Source of the DNA: Eledone cirrhosa
Lineage: Eukaryota
Assembly: GCA_964016885.1 (NCBI GenBank)
Contig: OZ024742.1
Coordinates: 208,878,001 to 208,942,000, forward strand
Length of the DNA stretch: 64,000 nucleotides
Direction: 5' to 3'
In this document: positions 1 to 13,655 of the stretch, in pieces
How the letters are laid out: each line of letters opens with the position of its first letter
How positions within the stretch are numbered: position 1 is the first letter of the stretch
Program-made: the position numbers and the translations under genes
Notes under the pieces: model-generated
What the model was told of the DNA's origin: nothing
What the model saw: only the letters and a program-made list of their open reading frames with translations
Database searches by the model: none

Positions 1-283
1 TGTGTGTGTGTGTGTGTGTGTGTGTGCATGTGTCAATGCGTTTGTGTGTGTGTAACCATTCTCTCCAATGGATCTGCCTCACAATTTTCCTAAATGACTC
101 ATCATCTTAAGCACACTATTCTTTTAACCTTTTCCAAACAAGAACGAAGTCTGAAACATCAATAATTATTTTGCCTTCCGTGTGTCAAACTCATAAAATT
201 TACCGCTATCATATCACGTCCTCTATTTTTGGTTCACAATACATAAATACATACATACATATATACATACACACGCACGCACG

Positions 284-406
<123 letters not shown>

Positions 407-528
407 GGTGAGTAATATTGTAGAACAATAAAACTATGCATATATCACATAAGTAGCACTCAACTATTGGTAGAACTGGAGTATATATAATAAAGAAGAA
501 ATTAAAAGATGGTTAAAAGCGTTCCAAA

Positions 529-598
529 TATTTTATTATGCGCATTTCGAATACAATATCATCCTGGGACAAAAATTGTGTTCTCATCAGATAAAATA
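529..598 (-). ncRNA. Type I hammerhead ribozyme
   Basis: Minus strand: tattttat-CTGATGA-gaacacaat..attgtattc-GAAA-tgcgc-ATA-ataaaata; 8-bp stem I, palindromic stem III. Confidence 0.88.
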
Positions 599-1149
599 AG
601 GTAACATGATATGAGGCATAATAGCAGTTGTTTACAGGAAAGTGCTAAGTCTACATATGACAGAAATATAAGTGTTCAAACTATAGTAAGAAATAGATAG
701 GAAAATAGAAGAAAGGAAAGAAGAAGAGAAAAAGGAAAAAGAAAGAGAAGAAAAGAAATGAAAAAAGAAGAAAAAAAGGAAGAGAGAGACTTGTGATCAG
801 GAATGCTGTCAAAATGAAAACACCTGTAAATAACGGTTAAAAAGTAAATTGATGAGGTGTATTTGCGAATATTATAGACGGTATTCAAATATTAGAGGCC
901 TGAATATAGAAACTGGGTATATTATTTTATAGTGGGTTTAAATACTAAAAATTGGATTAAGAAGTGTAAAAATATATTAATAAAATAAAATTAAAAAAAG
1001 GTTTTTATAAAATATAATAAAAATAAAAGTAGTCTATCTATGTCAAAATTAATAATTTCTAGTAAAAATCTATATATGTGGGGTTACTATTTAATTTTTA
1101 TTTTATATCAACAAGTAAATAAAGAAAATTGCTAGAAAGATTTATAAAC

Positions 1150-3600
1150 GTAGAATCAGATGGATCGCTCATTTCCATGACCAGCGCTTAAAAGGAATTT
1201 TTTTATAGAAAGGAACCTTATAACCTCGATTCATTATTTAACTCCAGAAGAAACCCTCCCTTTAATAAAAACTTAGCACATTTTAAAACGAATTAACTAA
1301 AATTATACGAGGACTTAAATTCAAAAGAAACCATTATCGAGGCCAGGGACACCTTATTAACTTTAAGAATAAAATTAATGACCTTAATTCTTTTAAAAAA
1401 CGTTTTAGTTCATTCTGGCAAAACTAATAATTTATAAGCATAAGTAGGGATAAATATAATAACCTTATCCTTAAAGAATTAAGAAAAACTTATCGTAAAA
1501 CTACGCACGAATATCTGGATTCTATTAATAGGGAAGCATTTGAGATAGTAACCAACGTCGGAATTACGAAAAAAACAGAACCCTTTTTCCGAGGATTAGT
1601 CTGAAGGATCATTTAAGAAATTTTCGAGCGGACTTCCCCGTAACACTAATTGCCCCTTCTAAATCTGACCTAGGGATTGTTAGTAAATCCATCTTGGATA
1701 GAATTATCCCACAGGTTGGGTCTAAATCTCAATTAAATTTATGGTTGGGTTGATCTGAAGTAATAGACTGGTTCAACGACCTAAAAAATAAAAACGAACT
1801 GAAATGTATTCAATAAGACATCGCCAGCTATTACTCTTCTATTTCTCCTTCATTCCTAAACAAGGCTCTTTCATATGCATTAAAATATACGGACATCACT
1901 AGTGAATAAATAAACATCATTCTCACCGCTAGGAAAACCATCTTGGAATTTAACAATGAATATGGGACAAGAGCGGATACTTCCAACAATTTCGACATCA
2001 CCATGGGTTCGTCGGATTCAGCTCAACTGACCGACTTAGTTGGAATTTTCATCTTGAATTCTTTAAACCGGAAAATTCCCCAATTTCGCGGTAGGTTTTA
2101 TCGTGATGGTGCTCTTTTTACTGTCACTAATTGTAACAATGTAAAATTTAATATAATTAAGAAAAATATACTTAATCTATTTAAGCATCTTAACTTAAAA
2201 ATTGAATTTGAGAATAATGTTAAACTAGCAAATTTCCTTGATATATCCCTTAATCTGGATACCGGCCTATATTACCCATATCATAAGGATAACAAGAACC
2301 TAAATTACATTAACTTAAAGACATAAAAAATAAATGTTTAGGAATGAAGGAGAATAATTACGTTAACTTAAAGACATAAAAAATAAATTGTTTAGGAATG
2401 AAGGAGAAATAGAAGAGTAATAGCTGGCGATGTCTTATTGAATAAATTTCAGTTCGTTTTTATTTTTTAGGTCGTTGAACCAGTCTATTACTTCAGATCA
2501 ACCCAACCATAATAATGTTAAAACTGCTATAGTAAAAAGTGTAGAAAAAAGAATTTCTAAATTATCCTCTAATAAAGATATCTTCGAAGCTAATGCCAAC
2601 TATTATAATAATGCCCTATCTAGGGCTGGATATCTAGACAAAATTAGGTATACTAAAGATCTTAAACTTGGCAGAGCTTATAATAACTCTAGTAATGTAA
2701 CTAGTAATAATAATACTGCTCACAAAAGGAGGAGACCTACTTATAAAGATATCCTTTCGTACAACGCCCCCTTCTCTCTTTCCGTTATTAATAGTATCCC
2801 TAGATTATTGTTTATGTCTTTAGATAACAGCTTCCCCCTTCACATATATATAGCAAGATTTCCAATAGGCATACTATTAACTCCTCGTATTCTACTACTT
2901 CGAACATTTCTGAAATTATCTCAAGATATAATTCTAAAATGTTAAATAATAACTCATATGCATCCAACCATGAGAATCATAATAATAACACTATAAGGCC
3001 CGACGTCAATGTAAACTCTAGGCAAAATAACACAAGTATAAATACGACATCAAACGTAACTTTGAGGAATGCTTCAAATAGTAATGTAAATCTGGAAACT
3101 TTAGCACCTCCTTTAGTTAATTCCACCACTCCAGTTCCTAATATAATTAATTTGGGCCACTTGCAAATAACTCTGTAAATAATCTTTATCGTAAATGCAA
3201 ATGCCATATTAGAACTAATTGTCCCCTTAGTAATTCTGTCTTGATAAAAACCTAGTATACGAATGTAAAGCGGTAACTAGTACCAACACCTATACCTACA
3301 TTGGCTCTACTTCTACCTACTTTAAAGCAAGATTTTAAATTCATTCTTCTACATGTAAATCTCCACTTAAAAGGACCAGCACCGCACTCTCAGAACTTAT
3401 TTGGTCATTAAAAAACAAAAACATAAGTTACCAAATTTCTTGGCGTAGAATCTACAACGCATCTCCATACTCAAATGCTTCCATATATAGTGTTTGTAAT
3501 TTATGTCTAGTTGAACAATTTACCATTATCTTGAATTTCAACACAATAATAAATCGAAGAACCGAGTTATTTGTACTTTGTAATCACAAATCCTACAAGA
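1150..3600 (+). pseudogene. PLE reverse transcriptase + GIY-YIG endonuclease, frameshifted
   Basis: Motifs LKDH..NF..LIAPSKSDLGIVSK (~1600), FDITMGSSDSAQ, FYRDG (YRDD-like), NFLDISL, YNAPFS, YTYIGST (~3290), CNLCLVE (~3495). Confidence 0.9.
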
Positions 3601-4155
3601 CCTTTCACAATGTATATAGTGGATATCATATAACATATTCCAAGTGTCACGGTCATTTTTCATTATATTCTACAATCTTTAATTTGGTTTTCTCGTCATA
3701 TTTTAAGCCCTTGATCTTTTTTCCATAGCCTTAGATTTTCGCTCAAATCTTCGTAGAGTTTGTAAACCAAATATGATGTCATATGTTTTTTTACGGTTAT
3801 AAATCTTTCGAGCAATTTCCTTTATTTACCCAGTTTCTATAGTTAGGCCTCTAATATTTGAATACCGTCTATAATATTCGCACATACACCTCATCAATTT
3901 ACTTTTAACCGTTATTTACAGCTGTTTTCATTTTGACAGCGTTCCTGATCAAAAGTCTCTCTCTCTCTCTCTCTTCCTCTTTTTTCTTAAATTTTTCCAT
4001 TCTTTTCTCTTTCTTTTTCCTTTTTCTCCTCTTCTTTCCTTTCTTCTATTTTGCTATCTATTTCTTACTATAGTTTGAACACTTATATTTCTGTCATATG
4101 TAGACTTAGCACTTTCCTGTAAACAACTGCTATTATGCCTCATATCAAGTTACCC

Positions 4156-4225
4156 TATTTTATCTGATGAGAACACAATTTTTGTCTCAGGATGATTTTG
4201 TATTCGAAATGCGCATACTAAAATA
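4156..4225 (+). ncRNA. Type I hammerhead ribozyme (second pLTR arm)
   Basis: tattttat-CTGATGA-gaacacaa..ttgtattc-GAAA-tgcgc-ATA-ctaaaata; mismatch at the first stem I pair. Confidence 0.8.
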
Positions 4226-4340
4226 TATTGAACTCTTTTAACCATCTTTTAATTTCTTCTTTATTATATATATATATATATATATGTGTGCGCGTGTGTG
4301 TGTGTGTGTGTGTGTGTGTTTATATATATATATTTATATG

Positions 4341-4433
<93 letters not shown>

Positions 4434-5267
4434 GTATGCATATAGGTACGTATATGTGATAATGTATAAGTGTGTTTGTCTATGTAATTATCTCTTTATA
4501 TGTACACACAGAAATACGCATATCTAGGGAAAAAGAAACGTGGGGGAGAGAGGAGAGAATAATTGTTATATTCAACACATTCTTATCCATTCATGGAGAA
4601 ATATTATCTTTGGACACACAATTAGATGGTATTTTGAGTGAGAACTTGAGGGCTTCTACCAAATATTCGGTCTGATACATTTCAGAAGAAACAAAACAGA
4701 TGACAAATCACATGATTGATCATCTTATAGATATTGCTGAATAATTAAGTATGAATACAGAATGCTAAACGACGAACAGATTCCACAAATTATTGACTTT
4801 CAAAACAAATTTTACATTCAATACGAAAACCTTATAATTAACTTCTCAGACAAGCCTGAAATCGATTCTTTAAACTCGTTGATGTATCTATTGCTTTCTT
4901 AACTAACGTATATTGATTTTCAGCATAAAAAGGAAATATACTCATGTATCTACTTATTCCCATGTGAAAGCGAATACGCGTACAATTTTCTTTTCAAAAC
5001 CTAGAAAGATAACACTACTAATTACCAACTTTATAAAGTTCAAACAGAATATCAACCTCGCTTTCTTTGCATGAATTCTGCATACCTAATTTCCTCACTT
5101 TACATCAGAAAGACAAAAGTACGTTGAAAGTTTTAGCCATCAGTGATACGCAATACACGCAATACACGCAAACACGCACACATACATACATGGACACACA
5201 TATATATATATTTATTTATATATATATATAATAAAATATTATAGTTTACCTGAAACATTGTCTATAA

Positions 5268-6375
5268 TATATAACGTTGAAAGAGATAGAAGGCTAAACA
5301 ATGCAAAACGGACTGTAAGATGAGGTAACGAAAAGTAAAAGTAAGTTACCTGCTAATCTTTTTCTGTCCAATATTTCGGGACTTAAAAGTCCCTTCATCG
5401 GGGTTTAAGGAACTTTCAGTGGATAATGTTCCTATTTTCTCTATTTGGGATAAAATATAGATTTTGATTTAAATTTTTTCTAAGTCAAATTTCAAGCGTT
5501 TTTGATGGCATAAGACCTCCTCTAACGGGCTTCTTGAAATTACCACATTTCAGTGAAAGAATAACCACAGCTATCCACAGAGCTATCCGAAAAGAAGGAC
5601 TGGGCATACAGTTATCACATTCCGGCCCCTCACAGCATGGATACCTCTCTAAAAAGTAATCTAGAGACAACAACAATCAAAGCTCACTGACTAACTGCCC
5701 TATCTGCGATACAGGTATGTGCCAGCAGACACATGAGGTATACCGGATTGAATGCAACAAATGTAAGGAGTTCTACATTGGTAGCACTACTCCAGAACTC
5801 CACACTTGCATTAAAGAACGCCTCAACACATGCGCATCCTCATTCAAAAAACATATTCACAAATGTAGAAACATCAACCAAAATATTACCGTTACTATTG
5901 AAGCTCGTGATAGAAATGTGGGCAACTTAAGAATTAAGGAAGCCTTGCTCATACCCGAAAATAAGTAATAGATTAGACCTCAGCACACAGTACTTGACAT
6001 AAAAAGATACAGTCGCAGGCACACAAAATAAACATCTCATACAAAAAAGAAAATTAATTTCTCGAGATACTATATTGGCAATTGACACCATTCACGTGGA
6101 AAGCGAAATTACCATTAAAAAAATGCTTGCAAACGACATAGAAAAAATTTAAATCAAAATCAAAACGTTATCCCAAAGAGAGGAAATAGGAACGTTATCC
6201 ACTGAAAGTTCCTTAAACCCTGATTAACGGACTTTTAGGTCGCGAAATATTGAACAGAAAAAGAAAAACAACAGCAACAAACCAAAGACTACCAGGTAAC
6301 TTAGTTTTACTTTCGGTTACCTCATCTTACAGTCTTTTTTGCATTGTTTAGCCTTCTATCTCTTTCAACGTTATA
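5268..6375 (+). mobile_element. 5'-truncated PLE (endonuclease only) with inverted pLTR
   Basis: Inverted arms ~5268-5482 / ~6139-6375; HHR-like core in arms (consensus CTGATGAA gggac..gtccc GAAA; stem I unclear). Confidence 0.85.
5717..5968 (+). pseudogene. PLE GIY-YIG endonuclease fragment
   Basis: ORF has VYRIECNKCKEFYIGST...IKE...LRIKEALLI. Confidence 0.88.
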
Positions 6376-6477
6376 TATATATATAACGAAGGAATTGTGG
6401 TAAGGAACCAGATGGACCATAACGCACCAGAGTACTCATTACTTAGAGTAGTAGAGTGGGCAATTGGAAAAGGTATG

Positions 6478-6573
6478 ACCCCGACGGCAAAGCTCAAGCC
6501 GTTTCGACGGCTATTTTTAGACTAAATTAGAATTTTTAGCCCGGTAAATAAATAGCCGAACTTATCAAGGGGT
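6478..6573 (-). ncRNA. Type I hammerhead ribozyme, U3:A8 variant
   Basis: acccc-TTGATAA-g..cggctattt..aaatagccg..c-GAAA-cggc(ttgagcttt)gccg-TC-ggggt; all three stems form. Confidence 0.82.
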
Positions 6574-8419
6574 ACTTATATGAGAAGATTGTAATTGACA
6601 AGAGGGTTGGTCAAGATTTGTTGTAAAGCAAATAAATCTATCATGGCATTTGATGGTGGGGGGTAGGGGTGGGTGAATATGCCGGTAGAACAAAGAGGGA
6701 GTGAGTAAAGCCATTCAGACATTGAAAGTGAAATCTATACAGCAGATTCTAAGGATAGTGTATGAAAAGTCGAAAAATTGTTCTGGAGAAAAGAAGGAGG
6801 GGAGTTTAAAGAATAGGTAAGTCGAATTGGTGTAGGAGACAATGAAAATAAAAAAATATATATATAAAAATTAGATAGTGAGAAATGAATAAAAAAACAA
6901 AAACAGTAGAGTCTAGAAACAGCTGCTATAATTAGTAGGTGTTGCTAATACGGCAAAGCTATTGAAAAGTTTAATAAGTAGAGAATGGAAAATACTAAAT
7001 AAGAAATTGTAGAAGTGGGTAGTGAAAAATATAATGCAAACTGTTCAGGGGGTTTAACACAGCTGCTATAAATAGTTAGCAAACCGTAATCAGCCAATGC
7101 TATCTTACAGGTTAATAAGTTGAGAAAAGAAAATACTAAATGTTGAAATTGTAGAAAGGAGTAGTAACAAAAAAGAAGAAATTACAGGGGTCTAACACAT
7201 CTGCTATAAATAGTTAGTAAAGCGTAATCGGCCAGTTCTTTCTTAAAATGTGGGGGTACTGAGGCTACAGAGGACCGATGGGCGCATCGGGGTAGGCGAA
7301 AGGGGAAAACAGACGAGAGAGAAGATCGGGGGTGGAAGGAAGTGATAGGATGAGACGGGGGGAGGAAGGAAACGCAGAGGAAAAGAAAAGAGGTACGTAT
7401 ACCTATGTAAGCAGGGGTTTCCCCTTATTTATTCGGCAAGTGGCGGTATCAGTCCTTGTCTACCCACCCGGGTCGTTATGGGGTTTGAGGTCGAGGTAAG
7501 TCATATGCAATCTGTGTTTGCTGGCGGTTCCTCTTTCTTGTTTAGGAATTGGTCCTTCGAAAACAGCATTTTTAATGTTTCCTCCGAGCATAAGTTACAC
7601 GGACGGCGTCCTCCCGTGTAAGAGTTAGATCTGGACAGTAAGCTCCAAGTGAGATTGTAGTTTATATTATTATCTTTGGGGTTCCAGATGTGGCCGAAAG
7701 TGTAGTGGCATGTCGCCGGACCGTGTATCGGAAAGTATGTCGGTGTTGGTAGAGCCGCGTCTTGAAGTCACAGCAGATGTGTTAGACCCCTGTAATTTCT
7801 TCTTTTTTGTTACTACTCCTTTTTACAATTTCAAAATTTCTTATTTAGTATTTTCTTTTCTGAACTTATTAACCTGTAATTGTGAGATAGCATTGGCTGA
7901 TTACACTTTACTAACTATTTATAGCAGCTGTGTTAAACCCCCTGAAAAGTTTGCATTACATTTTTCACTACCCACTTCTACAATTTCTTAAGAATTTTCC
8001 ATTCTCTACTTATTAAACTTTTCTATAGCTTTGCTGTACTAGCAACACCTACTAATTATAGCAGCTGTTTCTAGACTCTACTGATTTTGTTTTGTTATTC
8101 ATTTCTCACTATTTAATTTTATATATATATATTTTTTTATTTTCATTGTCTCCTACTCCCATTCAACTTACCCATTCTTTAAACTCCCCTCCTCCTTTTC
8201 TCCAGAACAATTTTTCGACTTTTCATACACTATCCTTAGAATCTGCTGTATAGATTTCACTTTCAACGTCTGACTGGCTTTACTCACTCCCTCTTTGTTC
8301 TACCGGCAAGTTCAGCCACCCCTACCTCCCACCACCAAATGCCATGATAGATTTATTTGTCTTTACAACAAATTTTGACCAATCCTCTTGACAATTACAA
8401 TCTTCCCATATAAGGAAGT

Positions 8420-8515
8420 ACCCCTTGATAAATTCGGCTATTTATTTACCAGGCTAAACATTCTAATTTAGTCCAGAAATAGCCGTCAAAACGGCTTGAG
8501 CTCTGCTGTCGGGGT
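8420..8515 (+). ncRNA. Degenerate family C HHR copy
   Basis: Inverted copy of 6478-6573; GAAA mutated to AAAA. Confidence 0.65.
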
Positions 8516-8530
8516 CATACCTTTTCCTAT

Positions 8531-8610
<80 letters not shown>

Positions 8611-9210
8611 GGCGCATAGCTTAATGGTTTGAGCATTGGGTTTGAAATAATGTGTGATGGAATTTTAAAGAAAGAGTCAAGTGGCGAGGGAGTGTTGCTA
8701 GGTACAGAATATCCATGTATTTGTAGTCTGGCCGCCACATAGTACAAAGCATAGTAAAGGGTGGTCTGAAAATAGTAATTAGAATATTGAAATCAGTCAA
8801 ATTAGAGTTACATTGGTTTACCTATATAAAAACTGTCGAAAATTAAGACTTAATTGCTTTTGAGACGGAATAAATTGTAGAAGTCCTCCGAATTAGCTTC
8901 AGAATGAAAGCAAGCATCCGCTTCTGAAATCAATTCCCAGGGGAATTTATTTTTGTTTAAGTCAAATTAGTAATTATATTTGATATATATTGATTAAATA
9001 GAAAACCAATTTTAACGAAATATTGTTAAATTGTGCATAAGAAAATGTTTACGAAACATAATCAAAGTATCTCCTGAGATCTTTAAAAACTTTGTGGAGG
9101 AAGTTCGTCTTCATGTATATAAACAACAATCTGCAAAACGACTTTCCTAGTGATTTCAAAGGAACGAAACAGTTCTAATCCTATAGAAGTCAATGCTATC
9201 TTGAATAAAC

Positions 9211-9297
<87 letters not shown>

Positions 9298-9303
<6 letters not shown>

Positions 9304-9430
9304 AATAAGGCTGCCGGACGTATGTATGTAACAAACCTTTCGCCGCCAAACGGCCGGACCAAACAGCACCAAATATGCACCATAGATGTAACATTTTCTA
9401 AGTCAGAAGGTGAGGCTATTTTTGTCTATT
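9298..9430 (+). mobile_element. Possible non-autonomous Helitron 5' end
   Basis: tatattaataaggctg..gtatgtaac..aaacggccggacc..accaaat resembles invertebrate Helitron-N 5' ends (from memory). Confidence 0.35.
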
Positions 9431-9684
9431 AAATTTTGTTAAAAGATTAAAGATATTACTTAAATATTCACTTCTTTAAAATGTTTAAATATTCAACACT
9501 CCCTGTTATACGACATACCATCTCTTTCTTAGTTTGTCTTTGTAGATAGTTACATAGCCATAACGTCGCGCCCTTATAATATGTCTCAGTATATCTGGCT
9601 GTCTGCATTATGAAAACCATTCATTGACTTCGCTATGTGTGTGTATATATGTATATATAGTGTGTATATATATATATATATATA

Positions 9685-9789
<105 letters not shown>

Positions 9790-9804
9790 GAGAGAGAGAG
9801 AGAG

Positions 9805-10130
9805 AGAGAAAATTGAGATTGGTAATGGCACATGGAATATATAAGAGACAGAATACTTTTTTGTGAAAAAAACATATAATTTTATAAGGTAAGGCAAGAA
9901 TAAAGGGTATAAAAAATGACCGGTTTCGATGAGTCTGCAAAAGCCATCTTTTGATGGCTTTTGCAGACCCATCGAAACCGGTCATTATTTATACCCTTTA
10001 TTCTTTCCTTACCTTATAAAATGATATGTTTTTTCACAAAAAAGTATTATGTCTCTTATATATTCCATGTGCCATTACCAACCTCAATTTTCTCTATAAC
10101 CCTCGTTTTGTGTAGAAACTTACACTTTTC
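9805..10130. mobile_element. Fold-back pLTR mini-element, ~144-bp arms, 4-nt loop
   Basis: 9805-9948 is the reverse complement of 9953-10095; each arm holds the HHR 3' half gatgg..ccatc-GAAA-ccg-GTC. Confidence 0.85.
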
Positions 10131-10149
10131 ATATATATATATATATATA

Positions 10150-10498
10150 TCATCATCATCATCAACATCATCATCATTTTACGCCCGCTTTTCCACGCTT
10201 GCAAGGGTGGGACGGGAACTGATTCTGGCTTGATTTCTACAGCTGGATGTCCTTCCTAACACCAACCTCATTTACAGTGAGTGGTGGGTGCTTTTTTACC
10301 GTGGCGCCTACACGTCCACTTTACAGTGTGGGCTGTGTGCTTTTTTGCCGTGGTGCCTACACGTCCACTTTACAGTGTTGGCTGGGTGCACCTCCACGAC
10401 CACTTTGCAGTGAAATGATAGGGACCTCGGTCATCTCATTTCTACAGCTGACTAAACTGTAGCAATGTGAAATAAGGTGTCTTGCCCAAGGAAACAAC

Positions 10499-10500
<2 letters not shown>
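10150..10500 (-). mobile_element. SINE with RTE-like (GAT)n tail
   Basis: (cat)n tail, then ..cgcttttccac..tttctacagctggatgtccttcctaac..gtgtcttgcccaagg; internal ~45-bp tandem repeats. Confidence 0.6.
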
Positions 10501-10535
<35 letters not shown>

Positions 10536-10859
10536 GTGTTAGTATCATAAATAAGAGACATTTTAATTTGTATATTTTATTACAGCATTCCTTTATACGT
10601 ATATATACGTATATATATATATACATAAACAAGTTATTTACAGTTGTATAAAAAAGAAGTATAATTGTTTCTTCTTTTGGCACAAGGCCAGCAATTATCC
10701 CAGTAATTACTAGTACTTTATTATATATAATATATATAATACGACATTCCCTCTCTTCTTACTGTCTTTTTAGATAGATACATAACTATAACATCATAAC
10801 TATAAAGTTAATGCAGAAAGACAGACATACAGAGAGATATTATAAGCGTGTGACTTTAT

Positions 10860-12165
10860 AATTATGTATCTATTGTGCATAGACATTCTATGACTAATAG
10901 TAATCTATCAAATACAACAACTCTTGCCAGTAAAATATGGCAACTTATGAATGCAGGCACTAAATATGAGATCAGTTGGAACATATTATCATTTGTAAGG
11001 CCTATCAAACTGGTATGTCCCATTGTAGGCTCTGTAATATGGAACTCTTCCAAATTCTTAATTTTAGTAAAACCCTTCTTAACAGCAAAATTGAGCGAAC
11101 TATCTTTTGCCAGCATAAATCAGCAACGAAATTCCTGAACTTTAGACCAACTTAACTCCATTTTCTATTCCTTATTTTATACTTTTAGCACCTATTACGA
11201 TGTCACATTATTAAAACTTCATATTTACGTAAGAATAACCTAAAAACATTTGTATTAACATCATTGTTGGACGCCATGCTTTCTAGCATAGTTACGCCCC
11301 TTTACAGTCTGAGTTCAAATCCCGCCGAGGTTAACTTTGCATTTCATCCTTACGGGGTCGATAAAATAAAGTACCAGTAATGTACTGGATATTTGCTGGC
11401 CTTGTGCCTAAAGTAGAAACAATTATTTATATTTTTATTTGTATTTACATGATTTATTATCTTATATGTATACACCTCTCACCATTTGTCTTTGTATTTC
11501 TCCACTTAAACATATTTCATCTCGATTATTTTACCCTATAGTTTAATACATCTCAAACTAGCTATGGTGCGTAGTAATGTTTATTTCTCCGTCTGTTTAG
11601 TTTCTTTTCTCTCTTCTTCATATCCCCATATTCATGATGAATTTCTATCCTCTCTGCTTCCTCATCCCTCTTAATTGTCCTCTATTTCTTTCTCATCTTC
11701 TTTACTTATCCTTCCTCTCTGCCTATGATATATCCCCCCTTCTCTCTTCTATATATATTTTATTATTATTAATATTATATTTATTTATTTTGATGTGATT
11801 GTTTGATTTCGTAAATTTTACCGGTTATATATTTAACTATATCTGCGAACCTTCTTTCGTCATTTTCTTTCTTTCTCTCCCATTTTCATCTGTTCTCCTT
11901 CCTTTATTTATTTATTTATTTATCATTAATATTATTATTGATGTAGTAATTAAAAGTTTTAAGTTTACCGTTACGCATATATTTTATATTTCTTATTTGT
12001 CTGTGATGAAATTATGGTACTTAGATGTATTGTAAATTGAGTTGTACTGTCTCCAGTATTTAGCAATTTATAGACATTTCTATCATTTAAACAATTGTAA
12101 GACTGTAATTAAATATCATTGTTTTGTACTGTCAACTATGTTATTCTTCACTCTTTTATATATAT
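10860..12165 (+). mobile_element. PLE 3' fragment (endonuclease C-terminus + pLTR)
   Basis: TTLASKIWQL..YEISWNIL..CRLC..SFCQHK; decayed HHR-like trace ~11999-12103; SINE inserted at 11268. Confidence 0.7.
11268..11428 (+). mobile_element. tRNA/CORE-type SINE (5'-truncated)
   Basis: B-box-like gagttcaaatcc, ccgaggttaactttgc..gtcgataaaataaagtaccag, agaaacaattatt tail. Confidence 0.85.
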
Positions 12166-12301
12166 ATATATATATTAGGGTAAACATTGATGCAATTCAA
12201 TTCAAGCACTCAACGTACCTTTTCCACATAGGAGTGACGGAGTAAATATCGAATAAGGAAAAGCGAAGTAGTTTCAGATGTTCAAGTCCTTTAATAATAA
12301 T

Positions 12302-12375
12302 GCTGTGATATATATTTCAATGACGACACTGGCCACACTGTTCTGTGTGCGAGTGTCGTGTCATCATCAGACAGC
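12302..12375 (-). ncRNA. Type I hammerhead ribozyme
   Basis: gctgt-CTGATGA-tgacacgacact..agtgtcgtcatt-GAAA-tatat-ATC-acagc. Confidence 0.82.
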
Positions 12376-13479
12376 TTGTTACATAATAAGGTTATGTTTC
12401 CGAGGCAATTCAAATTGAATCGACATGGGAACGGATGAAGTTCGTGCTTTTGGGTTTTTCTTCCGTTCCCTTGTGAGTACCAATTCACCCCCACCGGTCT
12501 GCACAAGCGCATGTCCGAAGGAATTTGACCATTAGCCACCGCAGATTTCAACGAAATTCGCTGTCAGTTCACCCTCTCAGCCAAAACAATGGCCCACCTA
12601 TGCCTTACCAAAGTTTACTGCTACCCATCACGACTGTGGCAGTCAGCCAAAAGCCAGAGGGGATGGGAGGGTGTTAGGTTTTATAGGTCATAATACTACC
12701 TTTCACTAAGCGTTGACAGAAAGACTGACCATCAACTCATAAGGGAAAATAAACTTAATTCTAGGTACCATGGTTTTACATTGGAAGTTAAGAGTGAGAG
12801 TTGGAAATAAAAATTAAAAATTAAAATCCTAAATCAAATATCAGAGATTATAAATTAAACAATTAAAAATTAAAAAATGTTTCAAGTGATAATTCGGATT
12901 GAGTAAAAATATAGATTGAAGTGAGTAAATAATATGGAGCAAGATGTTTAAGTAATAAGTTCTGAGAGGGATTCTAGTGTCACAGTTACTCTATCCACAT
13001 ATTGAACGACAGTGCCGTACATTATAACGGAGGGCAGACTACAGGGTTCAAGGCATTAGTCAATCTGGTACAGTCATAATTTCCATCACATGGAACAAAA
13101 TCAAAGAAAAACAGACATAATGTACACAAAAGAAAAGAAAAGAAGAGAACCAACAGTGAATAAATGCAAAAACACAGAGTACATATATGCAAAATGATAC
13201 ATATGATTGTCCATCTGTCCATGTATAGATTGAATTGAGGGGGCTTCTGTTCAAATGCGATTTGGTGCAGGAAAATAGGGTTTATCTTATTTTTTGTTTC
13301 CGCGTATTTATCCTGCCGAAAGTTACTATTACGCCCGTCCAGTGTCAGGGATTTTCATGCAATTCAATTCAAGCACTCAACGTACTTTTTCCACATAGCA
13401 GTGACGGAGTAAATATCGAATAAGGAAAAGCAGTGTCGTCATTGAAATATATATCACATCATTATTATTAAAGGACTTG

Positions 13480-13655
13480 GATTGGCAGTATCGGTAGAGG
13501 GTCGGACGCCATGCTTTCCAGCATAGTTACGTCCCTTTACGATCTGAGTTCAAATCCCGCCGAGGTTGACTTTGCCTTTCATCCTTACGGGGTCGATAAA
13601 ATAAAGTAGCAGTAATGAACTGGTGATTGCTGGCCTTGTGCCTAAAGTAGAAACA
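13480..13655 (+). mobile_element. SINE with 19-bp target-site duplication
   Basis: TSD attattattaaaggacttg at 13461-13479 and 13656-13674. Confidence 0.92.

Larger units (their letters stand above)
482..4270 (+). mobile_element. Degenerate Penelope-like element with 5' inverted pLTR and 3' pLTR
   Basis: Inverted arms ~482-918 / ~3828-4270 flank RT and GIY-YIG remnants; each arm carries an HHR; right end abuts (TA)n. Confidence 0.92.
6385..8527 (-). mobile_element. 5'-truncated PLE ('family C') with ~740-bp inverted pLTR arms
   Basis: Arms ~6466-7205 / ~7772-8527; minus strand 7500-7768 translates to FKTRLYQHRHTF..HIWN..LTWSLL..CNLCSEE..FLNKKEE; both ends in (TA)n. Confidence 0.9.
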
